DNA of 23,994 nucleotides from Geosiphon pyriformis uo1 (Eukaryota; Fungi; Glomeromycota): contig JAAOMT010000195.1 of NCBI GenBank assembly GCA_016748015.1, positions 1-23,994 on the forward strand. Direction: 5' to 3'. A program made the position numbers and the translations under genes. The notes below the pieces were generated by a model, which saw nothing but the letters and a program-made list of their open reading frames with translations, ran no database searches and was not told where the DNA came from. This document shows positions 22,180-23,994 of the stretch, piece after piece; the stretch's first letter is position 1; each line of letters begins with the position of its first letter.

Positions 22180-22534
22180 TTTTATTAATTAGACCTATAG
22201 CCAATTTATAGATTATTTTAGCATTATGTGGATAATAATAAAGTTTGTTAAAAGTACTATTATATACTGTATTAAATCAAATTTCTTTTTTTAACTTTTT
22301 TGTAATTGAAAGTACATATTAACAAGTTTAATTACAAACTTCTTTTCTTATTGTAATATTGATCTAGTTATATTCTTTTGATAACATTTTTTCACATGTA
22401 AAACAAGACATATTGTTTAATTTTTTATTTTGTTTGGAGTATTCAAATTATTTTTGGTAACAAGTCTTATAGTAATAGCAAGTATGTATTTCATATTTTT
22501 TTTTAAAAATATACAAGCTTCCATAAATAAAAGC
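22180..22534 (-). pseudogene. Gypsy-B Cys-rich domain remnant
   Basis: LLFMEAC...HTCYYYKTCYQK*FEYSKQNKKLNNMSCFTCEKMLSKEYN*INITIRKEVCN*TC*Y...FNKLYYYPHN aligns with the Gypsy-A Cys-rich domain. Confidence 0.75.
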
Positions 22535-23994
22535 TTTTTTTTTTTATAATACAATTAATAAGTAAAGTCCAACTGCTATTTAGTACATAGAACCAAACTA
22601 AGTGGAATAAACTAAATACAGCTCACACACTTATTACATGTGGCCAGCCACTCGAGCCAGACAAGGCCACACTATACATCTATGTGAACAGAAGCATTAC
22701 CACCCAAACCAGAAAAAAAATGACACAGTCTGTGTCTACCAAAGCTAACAGCAAAAAATTCAACAACACTAAGCAAATAAACTACCCCATCTGACAAATT
22801 AGACACCAAACAATAAAACAGGTCCAAGACCATACCACCATCCTTGACCAAACCAGCCCTCTTTATATCTATCTTATGCTTAGATCTAACAAGCCACATT
22901 TTAGTACAAAACAATTCAACCACAAATATAACAAATTCAGTAATAGTCAATGTAGTCTTTCCCTTCCTCTCAAAAGCCAAAGTAGTCTCAGCATACCAAT
23001 TCTTCAACACAAAACTCTTGCACACAGCAGTAAACAGACCCATGTCTAAAAAACATGCCAAAAGTAAACACAAGACAGCTGACATAGGTGAGCAGGAAAG
23101 ACCTACCAAAAACAACCACTTCTTAATAGTATTAGTCAAAATGTTATTACAGAGTCCAGCATTACCTGAACAAATGAAAGTATGGGTAGACACCTTCACC
23201 TCCCCATACAACAAGCACAGCACCCCAGGATAATTCATGTTGTATGATCTTTTTCTGACAGCCACAGGCAACCATCTATGAACAGCTTTCATCAAATAAG
23301 TGCACATGTTGGCTGAGCTCCTATTAGTGAAACTGAAAAGCATGTGAGAGTCAGAATGCCAGATCTTTAAAGTAACTATCCAATTTATCTCCCTAATCAT
23401 AGCACTTGAAACAACATTATAACCAGAACCAGCCTCCCAACAAGCATGACAAATTGACTGATAAAGATCATGAACAAAATGACAAGCATTGTCTAACACA
23501 GTAGTATTCTCAGCAACCAAGAAATGTTCTTGAATCCCAACAGGTAGAGAAAATGGAAAGGAAGTGGCTTGTCCAGCCAACTTATCAGCTCTAATATTGC
23601 CCAGAACTCCTAAATGCCCTTTAATTTTTACCCACTTAACTAAAATGTTTTTTTTCTTGATGAAATTGACAATATGCAATCACTCAATCCAGCATCAATT
23701 ATGGAAGTTTGGTGCCATAACCAGAAACTCTGACATATAAGCATTAATTACAGATTAACTGTCCAAATACAGAACTACAAAACAGAAAGAGAGAATGCAC
23801 TCTAAGGCCAAAGTAATGACTTGTAACTCAGCCAAAGTGAATAACAAAAGTCTTTGAACTCTGACCCCAATACCCATGTCTATAGCTGGGAAATAGGCAG
23901 CTGTACCACTCGTTACCTTAGCCAAACCAGCATCCTTTAAAGATCCATCTGTGTAAACTTCAATACAATTTAACCAAATCTTTAAAAAACTCCC
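22535..23994 (-). mobile_element. LINE-B: 3' part of a younger related LINE, continues beyond the window
   Basis: T11 tract at 22535-22545 (poly-A tail), 3' UTR 22546-22671, ORF2 C-terminus; visibly more GC-rich and with fewer stops than LINE-A. Confidence 0.93.
22672..23994 (-). pseudogene. LINE-B ORF2 C-terminus (RNase H and Zn finger), partial
   Basis: IEVYTDGSL near 23938-23965, LAELQVITLAL, LYLDS*S, WVKIKGHLGVLGNIRADKLA, CLLYGEVKVSTHTFIC; 335-aa open segment 22672-23679 with in-frame stops upstream. Confidence 0.92.

Larger units (their letters stand above)
18940..22534 (-). mobile_element. Gypsy-B: second, more decayed dUTPase-bearing Ty3/Gypsy internal region
   Basis: Cys-rich, dUTPase, RT, RNase H and integrase remnants on -; split by four 20-N gaps; interrupted at 22534 by LINE-B. 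Confidence 0.88.

Noticed and set aside
22844-23233. Antisense ORFs (this one, and e.g. 4025-4333, 13819-14025, 14103-14345, 15259-15546, 16514-16729)
   Set aside because: Shadows of retroelement coding frames with no independent motifs
2271-23994. Alternative genetic code explaining the many in-frame stops
   Set aside because: Stops co-occur with frameshifts and loss of catalytic residues and differ between homologous copies, which indicates pseudogenisation

Overview
Eukaryotic, very AT-rich and strongly CpG-depleted scaffold segment made almost entirely of nested, mutationally decayed retrotransposons. No intact host gene, RNA gene or CRISPR array was found. From left to right: (i) an AT-saturated relic duplicated across a gap, with a 43-bp microinversion between the copies; (ii) a near full-length RNase H-bearing LINE on + (ORF1 with CCHC knuckle; ORF2 APE-RT-RNaseH-Zn finger; poly-A); (iii) an older LINE 3' end and a gag-like relic; (iv) a Ty3/Gypsy element on - with two LTRs (10714-18340) and the pol layout PR - Cys-rich domain - dUTPase - possible second dUTPase-like fold - RT - RNaseH - integrase lacking its core; (v) a second, divergent, more decayed Gypsy element with the same accessory domains, one contig of which appears mis-scaffolded; (vi) a younger LINE on - inserted into that second Gypsy. 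The repeat style suggests a Glomeromycotina fungus such as Geosiphon; this is my inference from remembered protein families and was not checked. The best candidate for an undescribed system is the roughly 200-aa multi-CxxC domain plus dUTPase module shared by the two divergent Gypsy elements. All translations through stop codons were done by eye and domain boundaries are approximate.
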